From: Nostoc sp. PCC 7120 = FACHB-418 | GTDB lineage: Bacteria; Cyanobacteriota; Cyanobacteriia; Cyanobacteriales; Nostocaceae | Assembly: GCF_000009705.1 (NCBI RefSeq) | Contig: NC_003272.1 | Span: 2,130,001 to 2,162,000, forward strand | DNA length: 32,000 bases | Direction of reading: 5' to 3' | Program-made: the position numbers and the translations under genes | Notes under the pieces: generated by a model | Told to the model about the DNA's origin: nothing | The model's input: only the letters and a program-made list of their open reading frames with translations | Databases searched by the model: none | Part shown: positions 1-8,753 of the stretch, in pieces | Position numbering within the stretch: position 1 is the stretch's first letter | Layout: each line of letters begins with the position of its first letter

Positions 1-1300
1 TCCCTTGAGTAACTTCTGACGGGTCACTACTTTCAGCGTTAGCTGTTTGGGCAGTAACTAAACGGTTGACACGTTGAGTATAAGCTAGGCTATTGTAAGC
101 GATTTGTCTTGGGGAATGAGAAACTGATTTATTATTAACTGATGAATTTCTCAGCGCAGTATTGGCAGCACCAGGTGTTTTACCTTTATATAGATCAATT
201 GATACTCCATTGGTATCACTGTTCTCTGTAATTATTCCAGATCCAATATTGCCTCCAACAACTATCTTGGCGTTTTCTGGATCGTAAAAACAGGATGCGT
301 TTCCACTAACCTGATATAGTCTGATGCCATCACCACCTGTAGGTAAACCAGCCAGAAGGTTACTGTTAGTAAAAATACGTCCATTTAACCTAAAAGCAGG
401 CCCAGGGGCTATTCCTAAGTCATCTTCATAAACAACAGCGTTGTTAACTAAAGGCAGTTGTACTCGGTCTTGTTGAAGCTCTAAAGCCGAGAAGCCTTGA
501 CTACCTTTCTTCTTCTCATAATTGGTGTCTGTGGGTTCTGTGGTAATGGGAACACTGGCAGTGTAAGCAAAAAAGGCTTTTTTCAACTTAGTACCATTTC
601 TAAACCAGCCTGTGTTACCTACCAAGGCTGCACTTGTATCTTGACCTGCTCCACAACTGCTACTGACAGTCCCAACAGTCATCGGCGGAGTTCTTGCCTC
701 TAGAGGGTTTCTGGCACGAGTATATTGTCCGCCAGTCACGGGTGGATTTTTAAAGTAAATTCCATAAAGAGCATAGCTATCAAATTTACCGTTGTTATCT
801 GTATCTATAGGGTACATCCACGCTGTTCTAAGTTCGTTAGAACTTTGAGTAAGTTTTAACTGAGTTTCGTCGCCAAAAGTATACTCATCAATGTTTGTTG
901 TCAATGTACTATAAAGCGCGTCATCTGTTGGTGTAGCGCGTGGTAATCTTGGGTCTTGAAATAGCTTATTGATTTTTGCCCTAGCGCGGTCAATTGCAGG
1001 GGCAGCAGCATTGAGAGCTGCCTCGTTTACACGGACGTTACTGGCATTTTTAGCCCGTTCAAAAGACCTAAATAAAATTGCTGTGGTTAGTAGAACAACT
1101 ACTAAAGCAACCATTGCTACTGTTGGTAGCACAAATCCAGCATTTGCTGCTCTGCGACGGTTTTTGTTAATAAACAGATGGCGCAGTGTGGAGTTTATCT
1201 GCCTTTTAAGTGTAGATAAATGGTTTTGTTTAAATATGCTTTTTCTAAATAATTTCGCTGTTTTTCTGATTGTCTTGACTAGCTGGCGTTTTATATTCAT
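1..1300 (-). CDS. hpsA: HpsA-like hormogonium polysaccharide secretion protein, N-terminal ~433 codons (gene continues past the left edge)
   Basis: This ORF is absent from the ORF track because it is open at the window edge. Hand translation of the reverse strand from the ATG at 1300-1298 gives MNIKRQLVKTIRKTAKLFRKSIFKQNHLSTLKRQINSTLRHLFINKNRRRAANAGFVLPTVAMVALVVVLLTTAILFRSFERAKNASNVRVNEAALNAAAPAIDRARAKINKLFQDPRLPRATPTDDALY... with no stop seen down to position 1. A basic N-terminus followed by AGFVLP and a hydrophobic helix (pseudopilin-like anchor) matches my memory of Nostocales HpsA N-termini. The + strand ORFs 497..703 and 969..1388 are antisense shadows. Confidence 0.6.
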   Translation of the reverse strand, partial: MNIKRQLVKTIRKTAKLFRKSIFKQNHLSTLKRQINSTLRHLFINKNRRRAANAGFVLPTVAMVALVVVLLTTAILFRSFERAKNASNVRVNEAALNAAAPAIDRARAKINKLFQDPRLPRATPTDDALYSTLTTNIDEYTFGDETQLKLTQSSNELRTAWMYPIDTDNNGKFDSYALYGIYFKNPPVTGGQYTRARNPLEARTPPMTVGTVSSSCGAGQDTSAALVGNTGWFRNGTKLKKAFFAYTASVPITTEPTDTNYEKKKGSQGFSALELQQDRVQLPLVNNAVVYEDDLGIAPGPAFRLNGRIFTNSNLLAGLPTGGDGIRLYQVSGNASCFYDPENAKIVVGGNIGSGIITENSDTNGVSIDLYKGKTPGAANTALRNSSVNNKSVSHSPRQIAYNSLAYTQRVNRLVTAQTANAESSDPSEVTQG

Positions 1301-1711
1301 GGCTGCTTTCCTGTCAAGTTATTTGCTACTAACTTCTCTTTTTTTGACAATCGACAATTATGCCCATAGATCCTATCTAAAGGCATAATTAAAGTTATAT
1401 ATATTTTGCAAAACCCTGCTTTGCTAACTCCCAATTATTGGATTTTTTACTTTATACCATTCTTTAAGTTTTGAGATTTTTCGGTAAATACTGATTTTTT
1501 TCAAAATCTTAATTTTCTAAGTAAATAAGGAGAAAAACATCGTAGGTTTACATTTCGTTTACACAAATAGAGTTCATTGGTGGGTGACTTTATGAAGATA
1601 TGGCTATTTAGATAAACCTATAGTACCCAGCAACCGAATAAAAGATGTCAGTTGCAGCAGTTTTCGTTTGTCTGGAGTAGAAAGTGATTGATTTTAAGGC
1701 AGTTCCGATGA

Positions 1712-1985
1712 CCTCTCCCAAACCCCTCTCTCTTTAAAAGTTCTGTTCGGAGGAAACCTCCGCTCAGACTTTTCGCTCCGACGCGGAGAGGGGCTTAAAT
1801 ATCCTGAAGCTCAACGAAAAATTAGGTTTTTGAAGCCTCTACGTCACTTGCTTCTCTGCGAGACGCTACGCGAACAAGTCGGGAAACCCGCCCAACGTAG
1901 TGGACTTGCAGGGGAGAGGTACCCTATGGGTAGGCTTTTGGCGGTAGCGAGTCCGCGTTCGCTTTTAGCGTCTCGTAGAGAGCGT
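1712..1985. repeat. Composite of nested short inverted/dispersed repeats (MITE-like filler) between the hpsA-like gene and xseB
   Basis: CCCCTCTC (1723-1730) pairs with GAGAGGGG (1786-1793) around a CGGAGG-AAA-CCTCCG hairpin (1748-1762). CTCTGCGAGACGCTACGCGAAC (1854-1875) is the inverted counterpart of GTTCGCTTTTAGCGTCTCGTAGAGAG (1957-1982). A third copy, GTTCGCGGAGCGTCTCGCAGAGAG, lies at 16929-16952. Confidence 0.6.
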
Positions 1986-2043
1986 CACAGAACTTTGTAA
2001 GAGAGGGGTCTTCAACCCTTGAGTTGAAGATAAAGGTAGACTT

Positions 2044-2310
2044 TTATAACTCTGAATTGTCTTCATCATTCAAAGTTTCAATTAACAAATCCATCTGTTG
2101 CTGTCGTTGCTGTAAAAAAGTATCGCATTGGCGTAAATATTCGACGGCATTGGCAAACTGCTCAAAAACGGCTTCTAGTTCCAATTCTCCTGATTCAATC
2201 CGTGAAATAATCGCTTCTATTTCTGCAACCTTTGCCTCGTAATTACCATGTGCCACAGTATCCGAATTATCGGAGTTCTTACGCTTAACCATTAATCTCT
2301 CTGCCCTCAT
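2044..2310 (-). CDS. xseB: Exodeoxyribonuclease VII small subunit
   Basis: 88 aa. The helical core [44 protein letters not shown] is typical of XseB. Its start overlaps the xseA stop by 4 nt (ATGA, + strand tcat at 2307-2310), the classic xseA-xseB coupling. Confidence 0.9.
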
Positions 2311-3548
2311 TGCCGTTGTTCTACTTCTATCACTTTGGCCTTAACTTCACCTTGTGCCAGTTGAATGAATAACTCATTTCCTACAGCTAATTCATCGGCA
2401 GAACGAGCGATCGCACCGTTTTCTTGTCTCACCACTGCATAACCACGCTGTAATACGGATTTGGGGTCGAGGCTGATCAATTTTTGTCGCAAAAGTTCTA
2501 AGTGCTGCTTGGCTTGCTGCGATCGCCCCATTGTTAACTGCAACAATCGCTGACGTTGCCAATTTAATTTTTGCGCCTCTTGTTGCAAGTGTCTATCTAA
2601 ACGGAGATTCTGCAAACGGTTGCGTAGTGTTTGTAGTTGGTTTTCTGCGGAGGTTTGGGTATGCAGTAAAACTTGATGTAAGGCGATAATACGCTGACGA
2701 TGTTGATTGGATAATTCTGCCAGTGATGGTACAACCTTTTCTGCCGCCGCCGTCGGTGTATGCACACAAACATCAGCTACTAAATCTACTAAAGACTCGT
2801 CTCGTTGATGACCAATCCCAGTAACTACGGGTATGGAACACTCAGCTACAGCGCGGACTACACGCTCATCATTAAAGCAAGCTAATTCCTCTACTGCACC
2901 ACCCCCACGCGATAAGATTAGTACCTCAGCACGACCATCTTTTTCTACTCGTGCGATCGCCTTCACAATAGATTCTGGAGCTTGTTCACCTTGGACTGTG
3001 GCAGGAGAAAATAAAACGTGTAAACCGGGATATCTATGTTTAAGGGTTTTTTGAATATCACCCCAAGCCGCAGCCGTCGGTGAAGTAACAACGGCGATGG
3101 TTTGGGGATGGATAGGAAGCGATCGCTTTCTTTGGGGGTCGAACAACCCCTCAGCCAACAAGCGATTTTTGAGTTGCTGATAACGTAGTGCTTGTAAACC
3201 AACTCCAGCAGGTACAGCTTGCCAGACTGATAATTGATACTCTCCCCTTTGTGGATATAAACGAATACTGCCCAAAACAATTAGTTGTTCACCCGCTACG
3301 GGTAGTTGAGCAAGTTTTGGTACTTGGCTACTCCATACCACGCACTTAATGGCTGCGGAACCATCAGGATCTTGAAGTGTAAAAAATAACCCACTACGGT
3401 GATGATTAGTACTAGAAACTTCCCCAACTACCCACACTTGCCGTAGTTGCTCATCATGTTCCAGCAGTAAGCGGAGATAATCAGTTAATCCAGATACAGA
3501 AAGTGCTGTATCTAGAATTACGGAAGCGGCAAAATCGGCAGCCATCAA
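2307..3548 (-). CDS. xseA: Exodeoxyribonuclease VII large subunit
   Basis: 413 aa. It has an N-terminal OB-fold region ([30 protein letters not shown]...FFTLQD...IKCVVW), a catalytic core ([43 protein letters not shown]) and a C-terminal coiled coil. It sits directly upstream of xseB. Confidence 0.93.
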
Positions 3549-4244
3549 AAATCTGAATACATTAGTACAAGTCTATCCAAATCGTAGCATTGGGAAGTGC
3601 TGTAAAACTCTGGGGGCATAGAGGAGAATATCCAAGTTAGTCTGCAATTCATCTACAGATGAGCGATCGCATAATGCCCATAGCTATGATTGCAGCAGAG
3701 AATGGCGCTTTCATTGGCACTCAATAAAATATCTGTAATCCTGTTTATCCGGGCAAACCAGCACTGCCAAACTTAATTGGCATTACTTAAGCTAATTGCA
3801 TCAAAAATTGAGATAGAATAATTGTCGCCTTGTAATTAAAAACAATGATAATTAATGTGTATACATCCCGTTTTTATTTTTCCTGGAATAAATTTATTTT
3901 TGTTTTATGAATATTTTTATATAAAAATGATAAATCTTTAAAGAGATGAGAAATAAGGGTAAAGCAAATCATTTGTCTGCTTCTGGCGATTCAAGCTAAA
4001 CATTTAGTCGTCCATAATTGTTTGGTATTAGCTTCCCTTATTTTCTATAAAATTTTTATCCCATAAGTTTTATTTTACCTGGATTTAGTGTATCCTAGTT
4101 TTCCTGAGTATTTTTTCCAACATTAGACACCATAAAACCTTTTTACGGATCTCTCTCAAGATTCTTGAAGAAGTGTACTAGTGTGTCTAAAAATCAGTCT
4201 TTAGATTATCCTTTTTCTCTCACTGTATAAGGCATAAAAAACCA

Positions 4245-4511
4245 ATGGATATACGACTAATAAAAAAATCCGAGAAATTAGTTCTGAAAAAAATCAAAAT
4301 GATGGAGGAAACAGAAGATCAAAATCTGCCTTTAGATCCTATGGATCTAGCAGAACCAATTATGGAAGAACAAAAAGAACTATATATAGATATTAGAGAA
4401 CCTAACTATATTCCTTTAAGAGATAATCCTGTAATTCAGTCTGCTGGCAACTCAGGCTGGCAAGTTTCTGATATTTGGCGAGATATTAGAGTAGATGATT
4501 TTTGTAATTAG
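4245..4511 (+). CDS. Hypothetical small acidic protein (88 aa)
   Basis: The only support is an open frame in a very AT-rich, HIP1-free stretch. There is no recognisable domain and no clear Shine-Dalgarno. The sequence is Glu/Asp/Lys-rich (KMMEETEDQNLPLDPMDLAEPIMEEQKELY). Confidence 0.3.
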   Translation: MDIRLIKKSEKLVLKKIKMMEETEDQNLPLDPMDLAEPIMEEQKELYIDIREPNYIPLRDNPVIQSAGNSGWQVSDIWRDIRVDDFCN

Positions 4512-4601
4512 TTAAGAGGGGATTGGGAGATATGAGAGGGATGAGGGAGAATAATCAATTTCCCACTCTCTACTCAACTCCCCCCTCAGCACTCCCCACG
4601 C

Positions 4602-6611
4602 TCAACTAACGCTAATGACTACACCCTGGCTCTCATTTGCTAACCTGTCTACTGCACAGACAGCATAGGTTCCTGGTTGGACTGTGGCAAAGTTTGTCCC
4701 AGCAGACAAGACTCGCTGTAGTATCCAATTACTGCCACTTTGACGATAGAGTGTCCAAGAACGGACTGGTTGATTATCTCCTGGTTGCCAACTGAGTCTG
4801 CGGTTGTTGACTTGCAGTTCTTTTGGTGGAGGTGGTGTAGTTGCAGTCTGCCAAGGCATAGCAGGTGCTATGGCAGGTGTAGTATAAAGTGAATTTTGGA
4901 AAGTTGTCGATATATCTTGGCGATTTTCAATGATGGAACTGACGCTAAAAAAGATATTGCCCAGAGATAGTTCTCCGGCTTGATTGCGGCTGATTTTGAC
5001 TTGTTTTTCTATCTCTTCATTTTTCCAAGCCTTACCGTCAAGTTGTCCAATATTGTTACCTGCGTAAATGTGTCGCCGCTTAGAATTAATTTCTGTCCAC
5101 CATTTCAGCAATACAGGATAACTCTGATTGGTTTGGTCAGTACGCCAATATAGTTGCGGTGCTAAATAATCCACCCAGCCTTGCTCTAACCATTTCTTGG
5201 CATCAGCATACAGTACACTATAGGCATCCAAGCCTGTGATTCCTGGTGGCTGTCCGGGGCGATAGATGCCAAAGGGGCTGATACCAAATTTAACGTAAGA
5301 TTTTGTCGCTTTGATTCCTTGAGACAGTCGCAACACCATTTGATCAACGTTTTGCCGTCGCCAGTCGTTTAAGCTAAGTTGTCCACCTGCTGATTTATAG
5401 GCAGCGTAGGTTTTATCATCGGGAAAAGCCTGGCCTTGAATGGGATAGGGATAGAAATAATCATCGAGGTGGACTGCATCTATGTCATAACGGCGGACAA
5501 CATCAATGATGACGTTGTAAGCTCTATCTTGGACAATTTTTATCCCTGGGTCCATCCACAATTGATTACCCCATTGATAGACTACCTCTGGATTGGTGAC
5601 GGAGATGTGGGGACGAACGTTAGGCGCACTCCTGGTGCTTGTTTTGGCGCGGTAGGGGTTGAACCAAGCATGGACTTCTAGGTTGCGTTTGTGAGCCTCG
5701 GCGATCGCAAACTGTAATGGGTCGTAAAATGGTTCTGGAGCTTTGCCAGGAGTCCCTGTTAGCCAAGCACTCCAAGGTTCTAACTCGGACGCATATAAAG
5801 CATCTCCTTCTGGTCGCACTTGCAAAATTACGGCGTTGAAATTCAACTGTTGGAGACGGGTAAGAATTGCCACCAATTCAGCCTGCTGTTGAGCTACAGA
5901 AAGTCCAGCTTTGGAAGGCCAATCACTATTCCAGACTGTGGTTATCCAAGCCCCCCGGAACTCTCTGTTATGGCTGACTCGCACGGTGGGTAAGGTGGGT
6001 TTTGGGGGTATCACCAAGTAAACAGAGGCAATCTTTTCTGCCTGACCGAGATAAACTAAAGCTTGATAAATAATTGTGGCGACATCACCACGAGTAGCCG
6101 CCGTAGTGAAGTTAAGTGATTTGATATTGGGAAAACTGGAGATTAAACCTGCACTAGTGGCGATCGCAATTTGATTTCTGCCATAAGCTGGTATATTAGC
6201 TCCATCTTGATAAATTTCCGGTAATTTTTCTAGTAAATCCGGTTTAATCTTTGTCGCTATTTCCAGTCCATTGACTAGAGATACTAAGATATCCCCCCTA
6301 GAGATTTGATTACTAGGACGGAAAGTTTTATCAGGGAAACCACTCAAGAATCCGGTTTCGTAAGCTTTTTTAATGGCATTTGCTGCCCAATTACTTGTCG
6401 GTACGTCAGTAAAATTAATGTACGGACGTTTTACGGAAATATTAAATACGGCTGCAACTATAGCGGCGAACTCAGCACGGGTAACTGAATTATTAGGGCG
6501 AAAAGTTCCATCAGGATAGCCATTTAAAATCCGTCTTGCTGCCAAAGCTTCGATGAACGGACGCGCCCAATGGTTGGGAATATCTGAAAAACGTGTAGTA
6601 GTAGATACCAT
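4602..6611 (-). CDS. S-layer-homology (3x SLH) cell-wall-anchored glycoside-hydrolase-like family 10 (GHL10/DUF187, YngK-like) protein
   Basis: 669 aa with three N-terminal SLH repeats (FSDIPNHWARPFIEALAARRILNGYPDGTFRPNNSVTRAEFAAIV; FTDVPTSNWAANAIKKAYETGFLSGFPDKTFRPSNQISRGDILV; and a third, degenerate one). The TIM-barrel GHL10 core follows (EFRGAWITTVWNSDWPS, LNFNAVILQVRPEGDALY, YDPLQFAIAEAHKRNLEVHAWFNPYR, IDAVHLDDYFYP). The C-terminus is a beta-rich tail. Confidence 0.85.
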   Translation of the reverse strand: MVSTTTRFSDIPNHWARPFIEALAARRILNGYPDGTFRPNNSVTRAEFAAIVAAVFNISVKRPYINFTDVPTSNWAANAIKKAYETGFLSGFPDKTFRPSNQISRGDILVSLVNGLEIATKIKPDLLEKLPEIYQDGANIPAYGRNQIAIATSAGLISSFPNIKSLNFTTAATRGDVATIIYQALVYLGQAEKIASVYLVIPPKPTLPTVRVSHNREFRGAWITTVWNSDWPSKAGLSVAQQQAELVAILTRLQQLNFNAVILQVRPEGDALYASELEPWSAWLTGTPGKAPEPFYDPLQFAIAEAHKRNLEVHAWFNPYRAKTSTRSAPNVRPHISVTNPEVVYQWGNQLWMDPGIKIVQDRAYNVIIDVVRRYDIDAVHLDDYFYPYPIQGQAFPDDKTYAAYKSAGGQLSLNDWRRQNVDQMVLRLSQGIKATKSYVKFGISPFGIYRPGQPPGITGLDAYSVLYADAKKWLEQGWVDYLAPQLYWRTDQTNQSYPVLLKWWTEINSKRRHIYAGNNIGQLDGKAWKNEEIEKQVKISRNQAGELSLGNIFFSVSSIIENRQDISTTFQNSLYTTPAIAPAMPWQTATTPPPPKELQVNNRRLSWQPGDNQPVRSWTLYRQSGSNWILQRVLSAGTNFATVQPGTYAVCAVDRLANESQGVVISVS

Positions 6612-6828
6612 CGTTATTTGCTGCTAGTTTGCTTGATTGTAGATATCCTTGGCAAATCTAGCAATATGAGAGCGTTACAGGAAGCGATCGCTATAATCTC
6701 ACCAAAATTCCCTGAATATTGGGTCGAAGCTGCATAAAAATGCAGTCCCGATGCAGCAAATTTCACAGTCAAACATGAAAGATGTCTTTCTCACCCTGCT
6801 ACCCCAGCCTCCCATGCTTTTTCAAGTT

Positions 6829-6861
6829 AGGGGTAGGGAAGCCTTACACCCCTACACCCTG
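6829..6861. repeat. G-rich dispersed repeat (GGGTAGGG...CCTTACACCCCTACACCC family)
   Basis: aggggtagggaagccttacacccctacaccctg. Related copies lie at 10235-10278, 20511-20543 and 21432-21456. Confidence 0.6.
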
Positions 6862-6882
6862 AGCTAGAAACATAGTCAAACT

Positions 6883-7119
6883 TTAAATAGCTGCTTCTTC
6901 ACGTTGACAGTCAAAAACAATCATAAAAGAAGCATTCGGTATTACTTGGCGTAGATGCTGTATGTAACCATCTGCATCAGAACGACTGCGAAAGCGAGCC
7001 ACAATCTCACGTTGTGTATCAGGAAGCAACCGCGCAATAGCCCAAGAATTTAGACGTTGTTTATAGGCGATTGGCTGAGTTTCAGAGTTTGTTGTTGGGT
7101 ATTCAGTGTTTTGTGGCAT
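6883..7119 (-). CDS. Small conserved cyanobacterial hypothetical protein (78 aa)
   Basis: Clean ORF. The core WAIARLLPDTQREIVARFRSRSDADGYIQHLRQVIPNASFMIVFD resembles a widespread cyanobacterial protein of unknown function that I recall but cannot name. Confidence 0.55.
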   Translation of the reverse strand: MPQNTEYPTTNSETQPIAYKQRLNSWAIARLLPDTQREIVARFRSRSDADGYIQHLRQVIPNASFMIVFDCQREEAAI

Positions 7120-7654
7120 GATTGTCTTAACCGTATAAAGTTTCAGTAAGGTGTTAGTAAATATCTGAACAGAAATTTACTAACTCTTTTTTTATGATCT
7201 GCCACCTTGTTATTCCATTATTTAAAAATTGTCAACACTGAGTGCTATATTTTAGACCTAACTTAAGTTATGAATTGTAGCCACTTCCTAGTTGTAAATC
7301 AGCGATAGACTGGCTTTACTACAGATTATTGACTCCAGTTGTTTAGCAGCGATCTCCAACGATAGAAACAAAACTTACGCTGAAAATTAAATTTAGTAAA
7401 TTGCCATTACTGTAGTTCTTGGTATAATTTCTTCAGATAAACTTAGTACTAGTATTTATTTAAAATATGTTGTATTAAATCTTACAATAAAATCGAGTTT
7501 TCTAGTATATATTCTGTCCTTATGTTATATAGTATATAAGTGTTTAATAAGAATGAAATCTTGGTTAGATTGCTTTAGATAATTTCTTAACATTCACATA
7601 AACTTTCAAGATAAATGGCAAAATAATTGAATTTATTAGTTATTAGTTTTTATC

Positions 7655-7683
7655 TTGACCAAGGTTGAGATGTTAGTTAAAAT
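7655..7683 (+). promoter_or_regulatory. Candidate sigma70-type promoter for the ATP-grasp gene
   Basis: TTGACC (7655-7660), a 17-nt spacer, then TAAAAT (7678-7683), about 33 nt upstream of the ATG at 7716. The background is AT-rich, so a chance match is possible. Confidence 0.4.
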
Positions 7684-7715
7684 TCCTGCATTAAATTATA
7701 CTTTTGGACTAAAAA

Positions 7716-8717
7716 ATGCCATTAGTCACGTCAATAATTCAGAAGATAGCACCCCAAATAGGTGCGGTTGTTGTGGTAGATCCAGAATATGAATTAGTGG
7801 GGCATATTACATTTAAAAATGGGAAAAAATCATTTTTTAGTACCACGAAATTAAATATTAACGGTTTTGGTTCCGCAGAGATAGCAAAAGATAAGGGTTA
7901 TTCAAAATTTTTCCTTAAACATTTTGGTTATCATGTGACCGAAGGACAAACATTTTTTAGTCAGAAGTTTTGTAAAAAAATAGGTAATAAAAGAGATATT
8001 GATGCTGGATTTGAATATGCTAAACTTATTGGATTTCCAGTAATTATTAAACCTATTAATCTGAGCCAAGGAAAATTAGTTACAAAAGTACATAATAAAA
8101 CGGAATATTATCAAGTAGCAAAAAAAATATTTCGAGCTAATGCAGGATTGATTGTTGAGAGATTTTATCTAGGTAAAGATTATAGAATTGTGGTGATAGA
8201 CGATGAAATCATAGCGGCATATCAAAGGCTACCTCTATCAGTAATTGGAGATGGAAAATCAACTGTTACAGAATTAATACAACGTAAGCAAGATGGTTTT
8301 ATCCAAACTTTGAGAAAAAAAATTATTGATGTTGATGACTTTAGGATTAAACGCAAGTTGCAGAAGCAAAGTCTCACTTTAAACAGTATTATTCCCAACG
8401 GTAAGGTTGTGTATCTTTTAGATAATGCCAATTTATCTAGTGGTGGTGAAGCCGTGGATGTTACGGACAATATTCATCCTGACTTTCAGAAATTGGCTTT
8501 AAATGTCACAAAAGATATGGGATTACGATTAATGGGTTTGGATATAATTACTCAAGATATTACCAGACCAATGGTAGATTATGTGATTATTGAAGTTAAT
8601 GGTTCTCCTGGCTTGACACATTATGCTTCCATTGGCGATATTCAAACTAAGAGAGTGGAAGACTTATATCTCAAAGTTTTGAAAGCATTGGAAACCGAGT
8701 ACAACAGCAAAAATTAA
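7716..8717 (+). CDS. Stand-alone ATP-grasp amino-acid/peptide ligase, like the cyanophycin synthetase G domain or the GshF C-terminal module
   Basis: 333 aa. Motifs FPVIIKPINLSQGKLVTKV, LIVERFYLGKDYRIVVIDDEIIAAYQRLPLSVIGDGKSTVTELI, NLSSGGEAVDVTDNIHPDF, MGLDIITQDI and VIIEVNGSPGL line up with the ATP-grasp fold of CphA1 (G domain) and GshF as I remember them. There is no Mur-ligase-like domain. Confidence 0.8.
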   Translation: MPLVTSIIQKIAPQIGAVVVVDPEYELVGHITFKNGKKSFFSTTKLNINGFGSAEIAKDKGYSKFFLKHFGYHVTEGQTFFSQKFCKKIGNKRDIDAGFEYAKLIGFPVIIKPINLSQGKLVTKVHNKTEYYQVAKKIFRANAGLIVERFYLGKDYRIVVIDDEIIAAYQRLPLSVIGDGKSTVTELIQRKQDGFIQTLRKKIIDVDDFRIKRKLQKQSLTLNSIIPNGKVVYLLDNANLSSGGEAVDVTDNIHPDFQKLALNVTKDMGLRLMGLDIITQDITRPMVDYVIIEVNGSPGLTHYASIGDIQTKRVEDLYLKVLKALETEYNSKN

Positions 8718-8753
8718 GTGGCTGTTATGAACGGAGTGTAGCAGAACTGATGA

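Noticed and set aside
497-1388. + strand ORFs 497..703 (68 aa) and 969..1388 (139 aa)
   Set aside because: They lie antisense to a much longer open reverse-strand frame with a convincing HpsA-like sequence. Their products are low-complexity or Cys/Leu-rich, as expected of shadow ORFs.
2024-3280. ORFs 2024..2242 (+), 2833..3054 (+) and 2963..3280 (-) inside xseB/xseA
   Set aside because: They are fully embedded in, or out of frame with, confidently identified xseA and xseB. They have no domain signal.
3659-3727. 22-codon mini-ORF (MSDRIMPIAMIAAENGAFIGTQ) upstream of xseA
   Set aside because: It is too short, has no RBS, and I cannot assess any conservation. It is indistinguishable from chance.
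7670-7792. ~40-codon ORF (MLVKIPALNYTFGLKNAISHVNNSEDSTPNRCGCCGRSRI) overlapping the ATP-grasp start, considered as a RiPP/graspetide precursor
   Set aside because: Its ATG lies inside the spacer of the best promoter candidate (7655-7683), so it would probably not be transcribed. The ligase resembles CphA/GshF-type enzymes rather than microviridin-type MdnB/MdnC graspetide ligases. No Thr/Ser-x-Lys-Tyr-Pro-Ser-Asp-like core is present.
5436-8470. Shadow ORFs 5436..5681 (+), 6306..6488 (+) and 8222..8470 (-)
   Set aside because: They are antisense to the SLH-GHL10 and ATP-grasp genes and have no independent support.
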